Shown: piece after piece, positions 25,568-32,497 of the stretch | How the letters are laid out: each line of letters begins with the position of its first letter | Position numbering within the stretch: position 1 is the stretch's first letter | Assembly: GCA_964635295.1 (NCBI GenBank) | Contig: CAZWOB010000001.1 | Span: 47,743 to 111,742, forward strand | Origin: an uncultured bacterium | GTDB lineage: Bacteria > Chlamydiota > Chlamydiia > Chlamydiales > Waddliaceae | Reading direction: 5' to 3' | Length of the DNA: 64,000 nt | Notes under the pieces: model-generated | The model's input: the letters and a program-made list of their open reading frames with translations, nothing else | Told to the model about the DNA's origin: nothing | The model's database searches: none | Position numbers and translations under genes: made by a program

Positions 25568-25613
25568 TTAATAATTTATGAAAGAAAAAGAATTATTTAA
25601 CATGCTGATTATA

Positions 25614-25643
25614 TTGACTTTATGTCATTCATTGACATATAAT
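25614..25643 (+). promoter_or_regulatory. sigma70-type consensus promoter for the plus-strand moron cassette
   Basis: TTGACT (25614-25619), 18-nt spacer, TATAAT (25638-25643), about 40 nt upstream of the ATG at 25682. Confidence 0.6.
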
Positions 25644-25681
25644 ATAATCAAGATAAACAATAAAACAGAGACTTTAGCTCA

Positions 25682-25942
25682 ATGCCTGAAATCAGCCGAT
25701 TCCTGGGAATTATTATCAGAATGTACTATGTAGACCACCCTCCTAAGCATTTTCACGCACACTACAAAGAGTTTGTTGGTTTAATCTCTATTGAGTCTTG
25801 CGAGATGATTGAGGGAAATCTTCCAAAAAGAGCGCTTAAGTTGGTGCTTGAGTGGGCTTCTATTCACAAAGAAGAATTGTTGAGCAATTGGGAGCTGGCT
25901 GAAAAGCGAAAGCCTCTGAATAAAATTGAACCCTTGGAGTAG
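25682..25942 (+). CDS. DUF4160 family protein
   Basis: 86 aa. MPEISRFLGIIIRMYYVDHPPKHFHAHYKEF is the hallmark N-terminus of this family. Confidence 0.75.
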   Translation: MPEISRFLGIIIRMYYVDHPPKHFHAHYKEFVGLISIESCEMIEGNLPKRALKLVLEWASIHKEELLSNWELAEKRKPLNKIEPLE

Positions 25943-25944
25943 TG

Positions 25945-26199
25945 ATGCATACTGTGAGCAGGTTTTTTTATCTTAAAGATTACAAGGTGCTTTTGGAGTT
26001 TGATAATGCAGAATTTAAGATTGTAGATCTTGAGGAGATCGTGAACCAGGGTGGTGAAGTTTTTTCGTCCCTTAAAGATTTAGAATATTTTAAAACATTA
26101 TCTCTTGATGATCCTGATTACCCTAGCAGTATCTGCTGGCCTAATGGGGCTGATATCTGCCCCGACATTCTCTATGAAATGGGGAGGGATATTAGATGA
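25945..26199 (+). CDS. DUF2442 family protein
   Basis: 84 aa from the ATG at 25945 (the track uses the GTG at 25942). YKVLLEFDNAEFKIVDL ... ICWPNGADICPDILY is the family pattern. This is the usual partner of DUF4160. Confidence 0.65.
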   Translation: MHTVSRFFYLKDYKVLLEFDNAEFKIVDLEEIVNQGGEVFSSLKDLEYFKTLSLDDPDYPSSICWPNGADICPDILYEMGRDIR

Positions 26200-26438
26200 G
26201 TGCTTTTTTTAGTGCTGACGAATTTCATGAAGAAGTGTTTGGTGGTAGACCAAAGGGATCTGTTTGTCTTGCTGGCGCAAGGAAAAGGGAAGATCTTACC
26301 CAGGCACAGCTTGGCGAGATGATCGGCGTATCACAATACAATATTTCAAAGATGGAGAGGGGTCATAGACCTATTGGAAAAGACATCGCTAAGCGTTTGG
26401 CTAAGGTATTTAAGTGTGATTATAGGGTGTTTCTTTGA
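26196..26438 (+). CDS. XRE-family helix-turn-helix protein
   Basis: 80 aa. LTQAQLGEMIGVSQYNISKMERGHRPIGKDIAKRLAKVF. ATGA overlap with the previous gene. Confidence 0.7.
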   Translation: MSAFFSADEFHEEVFGGRPKGSVCLAGARKREDLTQAQLGEMIGVSQYNISKMERGHRPIGKDIAKRLAKVFKCDYRVFL

Positions 26439-26442
26439 AGGG

Positions 26443-26868
26443 CTAGTTTTCCTTTCCCATGTCTCTTTGAGCCTGCTGACCTGCTAAGAAAGCTTTCATG
26501 AGGTCGCCCTCTTTCTCAGCCCTTTTCATCTCTTTAAGCATAGCTCGATGCTCATCGTCGTATGTAGCTAGAGACGCTTTTACAATGCCGGCATCTACAT
26601 CGCCTCTTAGTCCCATTTTCTCTCTTCTTACTCCGACATTACACCTGGCAATTTTAAGAGCTTCGGAAAAGGTGGGGGATTTGTCGGCTAAATAGGTGAG
26701 CCATTGTGGCCCGTACCCCCTCGATGCAGGAAACTCTCTTAAGATAATTGCGTCGTCTGTTTTAGACCACTCAATGAGCTGTTCTGCTTCTTTTTCAATT
26801 AAATCAGCCGTCCATTTTTCAGGCCTTCCAATGCCATGGCCACCATGTTTACTTTTCTTGTCTGCCAC
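26443..26868 (-). CDS. terS: terminase small subunit
   Basis: 141 aa with a GTG start preceded by AAGGA. GRPEKWTADLIEKEAEQLIEW ... FSEALKIARCNVGVRRE resembles the small-terminase pattern. Lies upstream of terL. Confidence 0.6.
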   Translation of the reverse strand: MADKKSKHGGHGIGRPEKWTADLIEKEAEQLIEWSKTDDAIILREFPASRGYGPQWLTYLADKSPTFSEALKIARCNVGVRREKMGLRGDVDAGIVKASLATYDDEHRAMLKEMKRAEKEGDLMKAFLAGQQAQRDMGKEN

Positions 26869-26927
26869 TTCGTCGTCCTTGACGCTTGGTTATGAAAGCT
26901 TATTTTTGCTGAGCATGAATAAAAAGA

Positions 26928-26980
26928 AAAGCCCTCTTTCCTTAATTTGAACCATTAGGAGGTAGAGGGCCTGGAGGATT
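26928..26980 (-). terminator. putative intrinsic terminator between the early region and the packaging module
   Basis: Minus strand GCCCTCT-N26-AGAGGGC (plus 26941-26980), followed by TTTTCTTTTTATT. The loop is long, so support is moderate. Confidence 0.35.
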
Positions 26981-27031
26981 CATATGAAATTCAAATGGAA
27001 AAAAATGAAGTTCAATTACTTGATCACCATT

Positions 27032-27232
27032 TCAACATAGCGGAAGATTGGTTTTTGTTGAAGGGTCATCTACGATAAAAAGTATTTCCTTCGAAGCGTC
27101 CAGTCTTTCAATCTTTATCCCTGAGAGTCGTCTGCCAGCTGTTCCGAGCTTGTTCGCTTTTCTGACAAGGTACTCAAGATCTTCTTTCTTCAGCTCTCCG
27201 ATCAGTGATAAGGCATGCTCTTCAATCATCAT
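27032..27232 (-). CDS. hypothetical protein
   Basis: ORF 27032..27268 trimmed to the internal Met (MMIEEHAL) to limit overlap with 27222..27536. Confidence 0.35.
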   Translation of the reverse strand: MMIEEHALSLIGELKKEDLEYLVRKANKLGTAGRRLSGIKIERLDASKEILFIVDDPSTKTNLPLC

Positions 27233-27536
27233 CTTCTCTTTGCTTTTCTGTTTTGTAGAAAGCCCCATCGATCAGGTTGATGTCGTCTTTGACCTGCTCC
27301 ACCATGTCTTTGGGCTGAATCTTTCCATCGTCGTCGAAATAGTATATTTGCTCAAAGGCTTGAAGCGAGTCAAGGAAAAGCATCTCACAGATAGCCTTGA
27401 AAGACTCTCGATATAGTTTTTTATCCTTCTCAAGACATAGTAAAAAAATCTGCTCAAGACCTGTTGTCAATGTGTCTTTAGCAATATTTAATAGCCTTAC
27501 ATCTTCAATTGAAAATGGATTATCTTTTTTATTCAT
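27222..27536 (-). CDS. hypothetical protein
   Basis: 104-aa acidic ORF with a 4-nt overlap with the DUF1064 gene. Confidence 0.4.
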   Translation of the reverse strand: MNKKDNPFSIEDVRLLNIAKDTLTTGLEQIFLLCLEKDKKLYRESFKAICEMLFLDSLQAFEQIYYFDDDGKIQPKDMVEQVKDDINLIDGAFYKTEKQREDDD

Positions 27537-27856
27537 ACTTTATTTACCACGTTAATTTGGATTGGAAACAGGCTTTCGACCTGTTTTCTTTTCGTTTTTG
27601 AGACAGGCGTGTCAATGCCTTTGACGTCCGTGAACACTACATCGCCGTTTTCCCAGAACTCGATGAAGTCGATCACGTAGCGGATGTTGCCTGGTAGGTG
27701 GAAAGGTGCCTGGCGAAGGAAAAAGATGAGGTCTCCTGCTTCCTCAGCGCGTTTCAGCTTCTGGTAGTAGCGAGCTTCAAGTTTTGAGTCGAAGCGGAAG
27801 GAGTCAATTTCTGTGCGTTTTGCGCGGTATTTGTGTTTGATCGGTTTGAATGCCAT
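27533..27856 (-). CDS. DUF1064 family phage protein (nuclease-fold, replication/recombination module)
   Basis: 107 aa. KYRAKRTEIDSFRFDSKLEARYYQKLK ... YVIDFIEFWENGDVVFTDVKG ... KRKQVE matches the DUF1064 pattern. Confidence 0.65.
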   Translation of the reverse strand: MAFKPIKHKYRAKRTEIDSFRFDSKLEARYYQKLKRAEEAGDLIFFLRQAPFHLPGNIRYVIDFIEFWENGDVVFTDVKGIDTPVSKTKRKQVESLFPIQINVVNKV

Positions 27857-27964
27857 TCCGGAATTACCTCTCAGGCTTATTTTAAGCGTGTCTGAGACGA
27901 CTTTATAGCTTCTTAATGGTAAGAGTCCAGTTAAAAATTTTAGAGGTCTTAAAAGGCTTTAAAA

Positions 27965-28291
27965 TCAGTCTTGGTTTTGATTTGTTGGGATGAATCTTGA
28001 AATAACAACGCTGAAGGATGAAAAAATCAGGGTTTCAATCCATGACCTTGCTGTATCGATGCATTCACTTGAACTTCCCAAGTAGATTTGAAGAATAAAA
28101 ACTAAAATCCAGATGAAGGAGAAAAAAATTGCGAAAAAGAATGCGGCGCCCTGAAGGTCGTCGGCAGTTCCAAACTTCATGAATTTAAAGTTTATGAGGA
28201 AGGATCTCTCGGCAGCATTTTCTCCAGTGTAGTCGTCTTTTTTTTCCGCATCAAGGACATTTCCCGGATCGGGATCTCGAAGTGTTTTCAA
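27965..28291 (-). CDS. small two-TM membrane protein, candidate toxin partner of the Panacea protein (copy 1)
   Basis: 108 aa. Hydrophobic segments GAAFFFAIFFSFIWILVFILQIYLG and IETLIFSSFSVVISRFI. 4-nt overlap with the upstream DUF4065 gene. Confidence 0.5.
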   Translation of the reverse strand: MKTLRDPDPGNVLDAEKKDDYTGENAAERSFLINFKFMKFGTADDLQGAAFFFAIFFSFIWILVFILQIYLGSSSECIDTARSWIETLIFSSFSVVISRFIPTNQNQD

Positions 28292-28755
28292 TGTTCGGTT
28301 CCCAGCATTTTTTCAAAATATTCCTGGATATATTCGTTGGGGATTGTCTGGTTGCGGTAGTGGGTCCCTGATCCGTTCACAATACGATCCCAGGGCCCTC
28401 CACGCTCATGCGTCCAGTTCGATAGCTTTTCTGCTGGAAAATCTGCGTAGTTGTCCCAGATAAACTCCAAAATCTCGCGGATTTTTGGATCGTCAATTTG
28501 CGCATTAAACTTGGGAATTTGCCTGTCAATTTTCTGGGAAACATGCCTCTTGAATGCGTGGTAAATTGAGGGTAAAACTGGACCAAATTTCCAGGCCTCA
28601 AAAAGCTCGTTGACGAGGGGCTTGCCTTGATAAACCAGGCAATAAGCGTGAGCGAGATAAATCAGCTTTTGCATTTTCATGGGTGAAATGCTTTTGTTGC
28701 TCATCGAAGCATGCTTGAGAAAGCAATTGGCAATTGTTTCAGCGCGGTAGCACAT
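28288..28755 (-). CDS. Panacea / DUF4065 (SocA/GepA-like) domain protein (copy 1)
   Basis: 155 aa. ISPMKMQKLIYLAHAYCLVYQGKPLVNELFEAWKFGPVLPSIYHAFK is the hallmark of DUF4065. Confidence 0.75.
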   Translation of the reverse strand: MCYRAETIANCFLKHASMSNKSISPMKMQKLIYLAHAYCLVYQGKPLVNELFEAWKFGPVLPSIYHAFKRHVSQKIDRQIPKFNAQIDDPKIREILEFIWDNYADFPAEKLSNWTHERGGPWDRIVNGSGTHYRNQTIPNEYIQEYFEKMLGTEH

Positions 28756-28763
28756 GGTTCCCC

Positions 28764-29708
28764 TCAGTAACAGCCAGCGTGGAGTTTCGTTCTCTCAACC
28801 GCTTCCATCTTCTCGTCAAGTCGGCGTATAAGCTCTTGTCCTCTCATGAAAAGAGGAATTTCCGTCCCTGGCATGTTGGGGATGATAACAAAGTTTCCGT
28901 TTTCCTGGAATTCATAGAAATTATTTTGCCTCTGCCACTGCCTGAAAACCTCCCTGCCAAACTCAACACCGGGAGGTGTGGCCTCGATGTTCTGTCGGCA
29001 AATCTGGAGAAAAGTTCCCGCGCAATTGGTCATCTCCCTCCCCTGCCTTCGGTATCGGTCGGCTCTTTGCCGAAACGCCTCGATGAAGTTTTCCACTCGA
29101 TCCAACGGATGACTCCTGCAAAGATCCAGAGCTGTCTTTTCGTTGAACGACTCGCCTTTGTGGTTTTTGAGGTTCATGGCCAGGATTTTTTCGTATGCCA
29201 CCCGCTGATTCGGCGTCAAGTTTTCTGAGTTATGAACAATTTTAGAGCAGGGAGCAGCCCTTTCCTGCTTTTTCTTGCTTTCTGAAGATATACCTTTAGG
29301 TATATCTGAAGATTGTAGGTCACTTTTGACCTGCCCGTTGGAGGTGGTCACTTTTGACCTGCCCGCAAATTTTTTGAATTTGTTTTTGTCGATAAAAATT
29401 TTTCTTGATTCTTTCCATCGAAGTTTTCCGTTTTTCTGGTAGGGTGTATTTTCTTGAGTGATGAAGGCATATCCATGGTCAACGAGACTTTTTACCCGTC
29501 TTTGAAAAGTCGATACGGAGCACCCGACAATTTCGGCCAGCTCTTCATTTGAAGCCCAGCAGTAATCTTTCTTTTTGCAGAATACGACCAGGTACGGGTA
29601 AAGATTTTTTGCTCCATGGTTAATTCTCTTATCACGCATTAACTTCATTGGGACTGGCGGAATTGATTCAGGAGCCTTAAGTTTTTGACGATCTGTTGTT
29701 TCGGTCAT
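28764..29708 (-). CDS. replication-initiator-like winged-HTH protein
   Basis: Start set at the ATG at 29708 (MTETTDRQ); the track's 29777 start is TTG. NLYPYLVVFCKKKDYCWASNEELAEIVGCSVSTFQRRVKSLVDHGYAFI is a replisome-organiser-type HTH. Iteron-like repeats lie inside the linker region. Confidence 0.5.
   Translation of the reverse strand: MTETTDRQKLKAPESIPPVPMKLMRDKRINHGAKNLYPYLVVFCKKKDYCWASNEELAEIVGCSVSTFQRRVKSLVDHGYAFITQENTPYQKNGKLRWKESRKIFIDKNKFKKFAGRSKVTTSNGQVKSDLQSSDIPKGISSESKKKQERAAPCSKIVHNSENLTPNQRVAYEKILAMNLKNHKGESFNEKTALDLCRSHPLDRVENFIEAFRQRADRYRRQGREMTNCAGTFLQICRQNIEATPPGVEFGREVFRQWQRQNNFYEFQENGNFVIIPNMPGTEIPLFMRGQELIRRLDEKMEAVERTKLHAGCY
29281..29400. repeat. iteron-like repeats plus AT-rich tract (candidate phage origin)
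   Basis: GGTCACTTTTGACCTGCCCG occurs at 29318-29337 and 29346-29365. It is preceded by TCTGAAGA-TATACC-TTTA-GGTATA-TCTGAAGA (29281-29312) and followed by an A/T-rich run (29366-29400). Confidence 0.55.
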
Positions 29709-29827
29709 CCTTGACCTTTCAGATTTTGGGATTGGAGGGAGCGTGCACGAAAATTTCCGTTTTTTCGTGTTGCACAAATCGCCATAGGCGTGCTATTTTT
29801 TTTCATATCTATAAAGTTATGTTTAGG

Positions 29828-29855
29828 GCTGCCTCATCTAGAGGCGGCTTTTTTT
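29828..29855 (+). terminator. plus-strand intrinsic terminator upstream of (antisense to) the initiator gene
   Basis: GCTGCCTC-atcta-GAGGCGGC is an 8-bp stem including one G-T pair, followed by TTTTTTT (29849-29855). Confidence 0.55.
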
Positions 29856-30039
29856 ATGCCCTGGGGGGCGAAGTTTCTAAATATTTTCTAAGAGTTGTCT
29901 GTGTGAAGAAAGTGCTGTAAAGCACTCATTAAGAAGGGTTTTAATTCAAAAACCGTGTCTGGGAATGTATGTTATGTTGCATTTACAAACATCCTCAATG
30001 CCTACCAGTCCAAGCGTCCATTGGCTTATCTTCGTCACT

Positions 30040-30100
30040 TCACGGTAAAGGACACGTCGCCGTTTCTCCAGAAGACGATGAAGTCGGTTTTGAAACGATT
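30040..30100 (-). pseudogene. remnant of a second DUF1064 gene
   Basis: The minus strand translates KTDFIVFWRNGDVSFTVK-stop, homologous to VIDFIEFWENGDVVFTDVKG of 27533..27856. The 5' two-thirds of the gene are missing. Confidence 0.6.
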
Positions 30101-30140
30101 TTACAGCCTCATAAGGGCTTAGGGTCTTAGGAGGAAAGAC

Positions 30141-30473
30141 TTAAAGTGAGTCTTGAGATTGTTTTGTTGGGATGTATCTTGAGATAACCACGCTGAAGGA
30201 TGAAAAAATTAAATTTTCAAGCCATGACCTTGCAGTATCGATGCAGTTGCTTGAAGTTTCGCATTTGAGTTGGAAACAAAAAACTAAAATCCAGATAAAA
30301 GAAAAGAAAATTGCAAAAAAGAATGCAGCACCCTGAAGGTCGTCACGTGTCCCAAACTTCATAAATTTTAAGCTGATAAAGAAAGATCGCTCTGAAGCAT
30401 TGTCTCCTGTGTAGTCGTCTTTTTTTTCTGCATTAATTACATTTTCCGGATCAGGATCTCGAAGCTTTTTCAA
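30141..30473 (-). CDS. small two-TM membrane protein, candidate toxin partner (copy 2)
   Basis: 110 aa, clearly paralogous to 27965..28291 (MKKLRDPDPENVINAEKKDDYTGDNASERSF..., identical core GAAFFFAIFFSFIWILVF). Confidence 0.5.
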   Translation of the reverse strand: MKKLRDPDPENVINAEKKDDYTGDNASERSFFISLKFMKFGTRDDLQGAAFFFAIFFSFIWILVFCFQLKCETSSNCIDTARSWLENLIFSSFSVVISRYIPTKQSQDSL

Positions 30474-30937
30474 TGTTCGGCTCCCAACATCTTTTCAAAA
30501 TACTCCTGGATATATTCGTTTGGAATGGTCTGATTCCGATAATGTGTTCCTGACGCGTTCACAATACGATCCCAGGGTCCTCCGCGTTCATGCGTCCAGT
30601 TTGAGAGTTTTTCTGCTGGAAAATCAGCGTAATTGTCCCAGATAAACTCCAAAATCTTGAGGATTTTTGGATCGTCAATTTGTGCATCAAATTTGGGAAT
30701 TTGCCTGTCAATTTTCTGGGATACGTGCCTCTTGAATGCGTGGTAAATCGAAGGTAAAACTGGCCCAAACTTCCATGCTTCAAAAAGTTCGTTTACAAGG
30801 GGTTTTTTTTGGTAAACGAGGCAATAGGCATGAGCAAGATAAATCAACTTTTGCATTTTCATTGGCGAAATGCTTTTATTGCTCAGTGAAGCAATATTGA
30901 GAAAGCGATTGGCGATTGTTTCAGCCCGGTAGCACAT
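30470..30937 (-). CDS. Panacea / DUF4065 domain protein (copy 2)
   Basis: Start set at MCYRAE (30937) by comparison with copy 1. By hand count, 10 substitutions over 155 aligned residues. Confidence 0.75.
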   Translation of the reverse strand: MCYRAETIANRFLNIASLSNKSISPMKMQKLIYLAHAYCLVYQKKPLVNELFEAWKFGPVLPSIYHAFKRHVSQKIDRQIPKFDAQIDDPKILKILEFIWDNYADFPAEKLSNWTHERGGPWDRIVNASGTHYRNQTIPNEYIQEYFEKMLGAEH

Positions 30938-30961
30938 GGTTCCCCCAGTTACTGCAGGCAT

Positions 30962-31110
30962 AAAGTTTCATTCTATTAAAAGGTTTCATCTTCTCTTCAA
31001 GTCTGTGCGTGAGTTTTTCACATCTGATGAAAATCTTGATCTCCGTTCGTTAGATGGTAGATAATGTAACAAAGTTTCCGTTTTCCCGGAACTGCAAGAA
31101 ATTTTTACGA
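30962..31110 (-). pseudogene. decayed 3'-end remnant of a second initiator gene
   Basis: Nucleotide similarity to 28756-28926 (for example aacaaagtttccgttttcc(t/c)gga). No intact reading frame. Confidence 0.55.
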
Positions 31111-31242
31111 ATAAATCTGAGCATCACCCACCCACCCTTATCTTGCTTGTACCCCCAAAAAAATTGAATTTGATGCTTGATCAAATCTCGCGATTTGAGT
31201 TAAACAATTGATTTCTTTTTTTTTAACAAAAAGTACAGTCCC

Positions 31243-32376
31243 ATGATCCACAAAATTGCCCTCTCTCTACTGATCCTATGCTCTTTTACCTCCTGCTCCA
31301 ACAAATTGAATGAATTTCCGGTCCAAGGTGAGTTCGAAGGAATTAAAACCGTTTTACAAAACCAGAACTGCGTAAACGTCGTTATGATCCATGGGATGGG
31401 GGGCTTTTCCGAAGGCGATCCTCAAACGCTGAAATGCGCCGTTGTCAACTGCCTGCGCTTGCGCAAAACAGCACCCGACTGCGTTAGAGAAGTGATTGGA
31501 GAGCTCTCAGGTCAACCCTATTACTATGGAAATTTAAAACGAGAAGAATACAGAGATCCCTGCTCCTCAAAAACTGTGCGTTTTTACACCATCGATTGGC
31601 ATCCGACCGTTGACACACAGAAACAGCGATTGATCGAAATGGACAAACCGATGATCACATGCCGGGAAAAATCGATCCAGACTCTTAAAGAATCTGTGAT
31701 CAACAATACAACCGCCGATACTTTCCTGTACTTTTCTTCATTCCGATCTGAAATGGAGCATCCGATCATCCAATCGATCCGCTGGATCGTTGAAGACTCC
31801 TGCAATGAATCAGAAACGGAAAATCTTGTCGTCGGCTACAGCATGGGCGGCAATCTTTTGATCAATTCTCTTATCTCCATGCTATACAATAAGACTGATG
31901 AATCAAATACCAAGATCGCAAAAACATTTATCGACGATACAGCTGCCGTATATTATCTCTCAAATGGCTTCCCTCTTGCGGAACTGGTCGAAGACCATCC
32001 TGAAAAGCAATATGACTATGACGATGACCAGCACTGCGAGCTCGCCCCCGATACAAGAAATTTACAGGAAGACGTCTGGCACTGGAATAAATCTCCATTA
32101 GGCTTGTTCGTCAACGAAAAAAGGAAGAACTCCCCCAATTTTCAAATCGTTTCTTTCAACGATCCCAATGACCCCTTCAGCTACAATGCCTCAAAATACC
32201 CTGTCCCCAACGGAAGCAACACCCTTAACGCATTTTTAAATGAAAACGTGCGCAATGTTCAAAGAGCAACATTGGGCAATGTTGACCCTGCGGAAGCACA
32301 TACCGGTTATGGGAAAAACCCAAAGGTGATCGGACTTATCATTAATGGACTGCGTTCTCGAAACGTTTGTTATTAA
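31243..32376 (+). CDS. lipoprotein alpha/beta-hydrolase (lipase/esterase-like)
   Basis: 377 aa. Signal peptide plus lipobox (LLILCSFTSC). VVMIHGMGG (oxyanion HG), VVGYSMGG (GxSxG nucleophile elbow), late NDPNDP and AHTGY as candidate Asp and His. Confidence 0.6.
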   Translation: MIHKIALSLLILCSFTSCSNKLNEFPVQGEFEGIKTVLQNQNCVNVVMIHGMGGFSEGDPQTLKCAVVNCLRLRKTAPDCVREVIGELSGQPYYYGNLKREEYRDPCSSKTVRFYTIDWHPTVDTQKQRLIEMDKPMITCREKSIQTLKESVINNTTADTFLYFSSFRSEMEHPIIQSIRWIVEDSCNESETENLVVGYSMGGNLLINSLISMLYNKTDESNTKIAKTFIDDTAAVYYLSNGFPLAELVEDHPEKQYDYDDDQHCELAPDTRNLQEDVWHWNKSPLGLFVNEKRKNSPNFQIVSFNDPNDPFSYNASKYPVPNGSNTLNAFLNENVRNVQRATLGNVDPAEAHTGYGKNPKVIGLIINGLRSRNVCY

Positions 32377-32497
32377 TACAGGTCTTTGCGCCAATTCCAC
32401 ATTTATCGAATATAGGGTGGAAATCCCCCTATTTATACGGTATTTTAATATTTATTTACCTTATAAAATATTAATAAATAAAATACATGTAAATAAA

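Noticed and set aside
29696-29920. 74-aa plus-strand ORF upstream of the initiator gene
   Set aside because: It runs through a terminator hairpin and T-tract, has no RBS and has an implausible sequence. It is more likely non-coding.
31181-31198. Inverted repeat TCAAATC-tcgc-GATTTGA as the att core of the prophage
   Set aside because: There is no second copy anywhere in the window, and the left prophage end is not in the window, so an att assignment cannot be supported.
32345-32497. Upstream extension of the ankyrin-protein ORF (track start 32345)
   Set aside because: It would overlap the previous gene by 32 nt and would translate an extremely AT-rich spacer into an implausible peptide. The ATG at 32498 is preferred.
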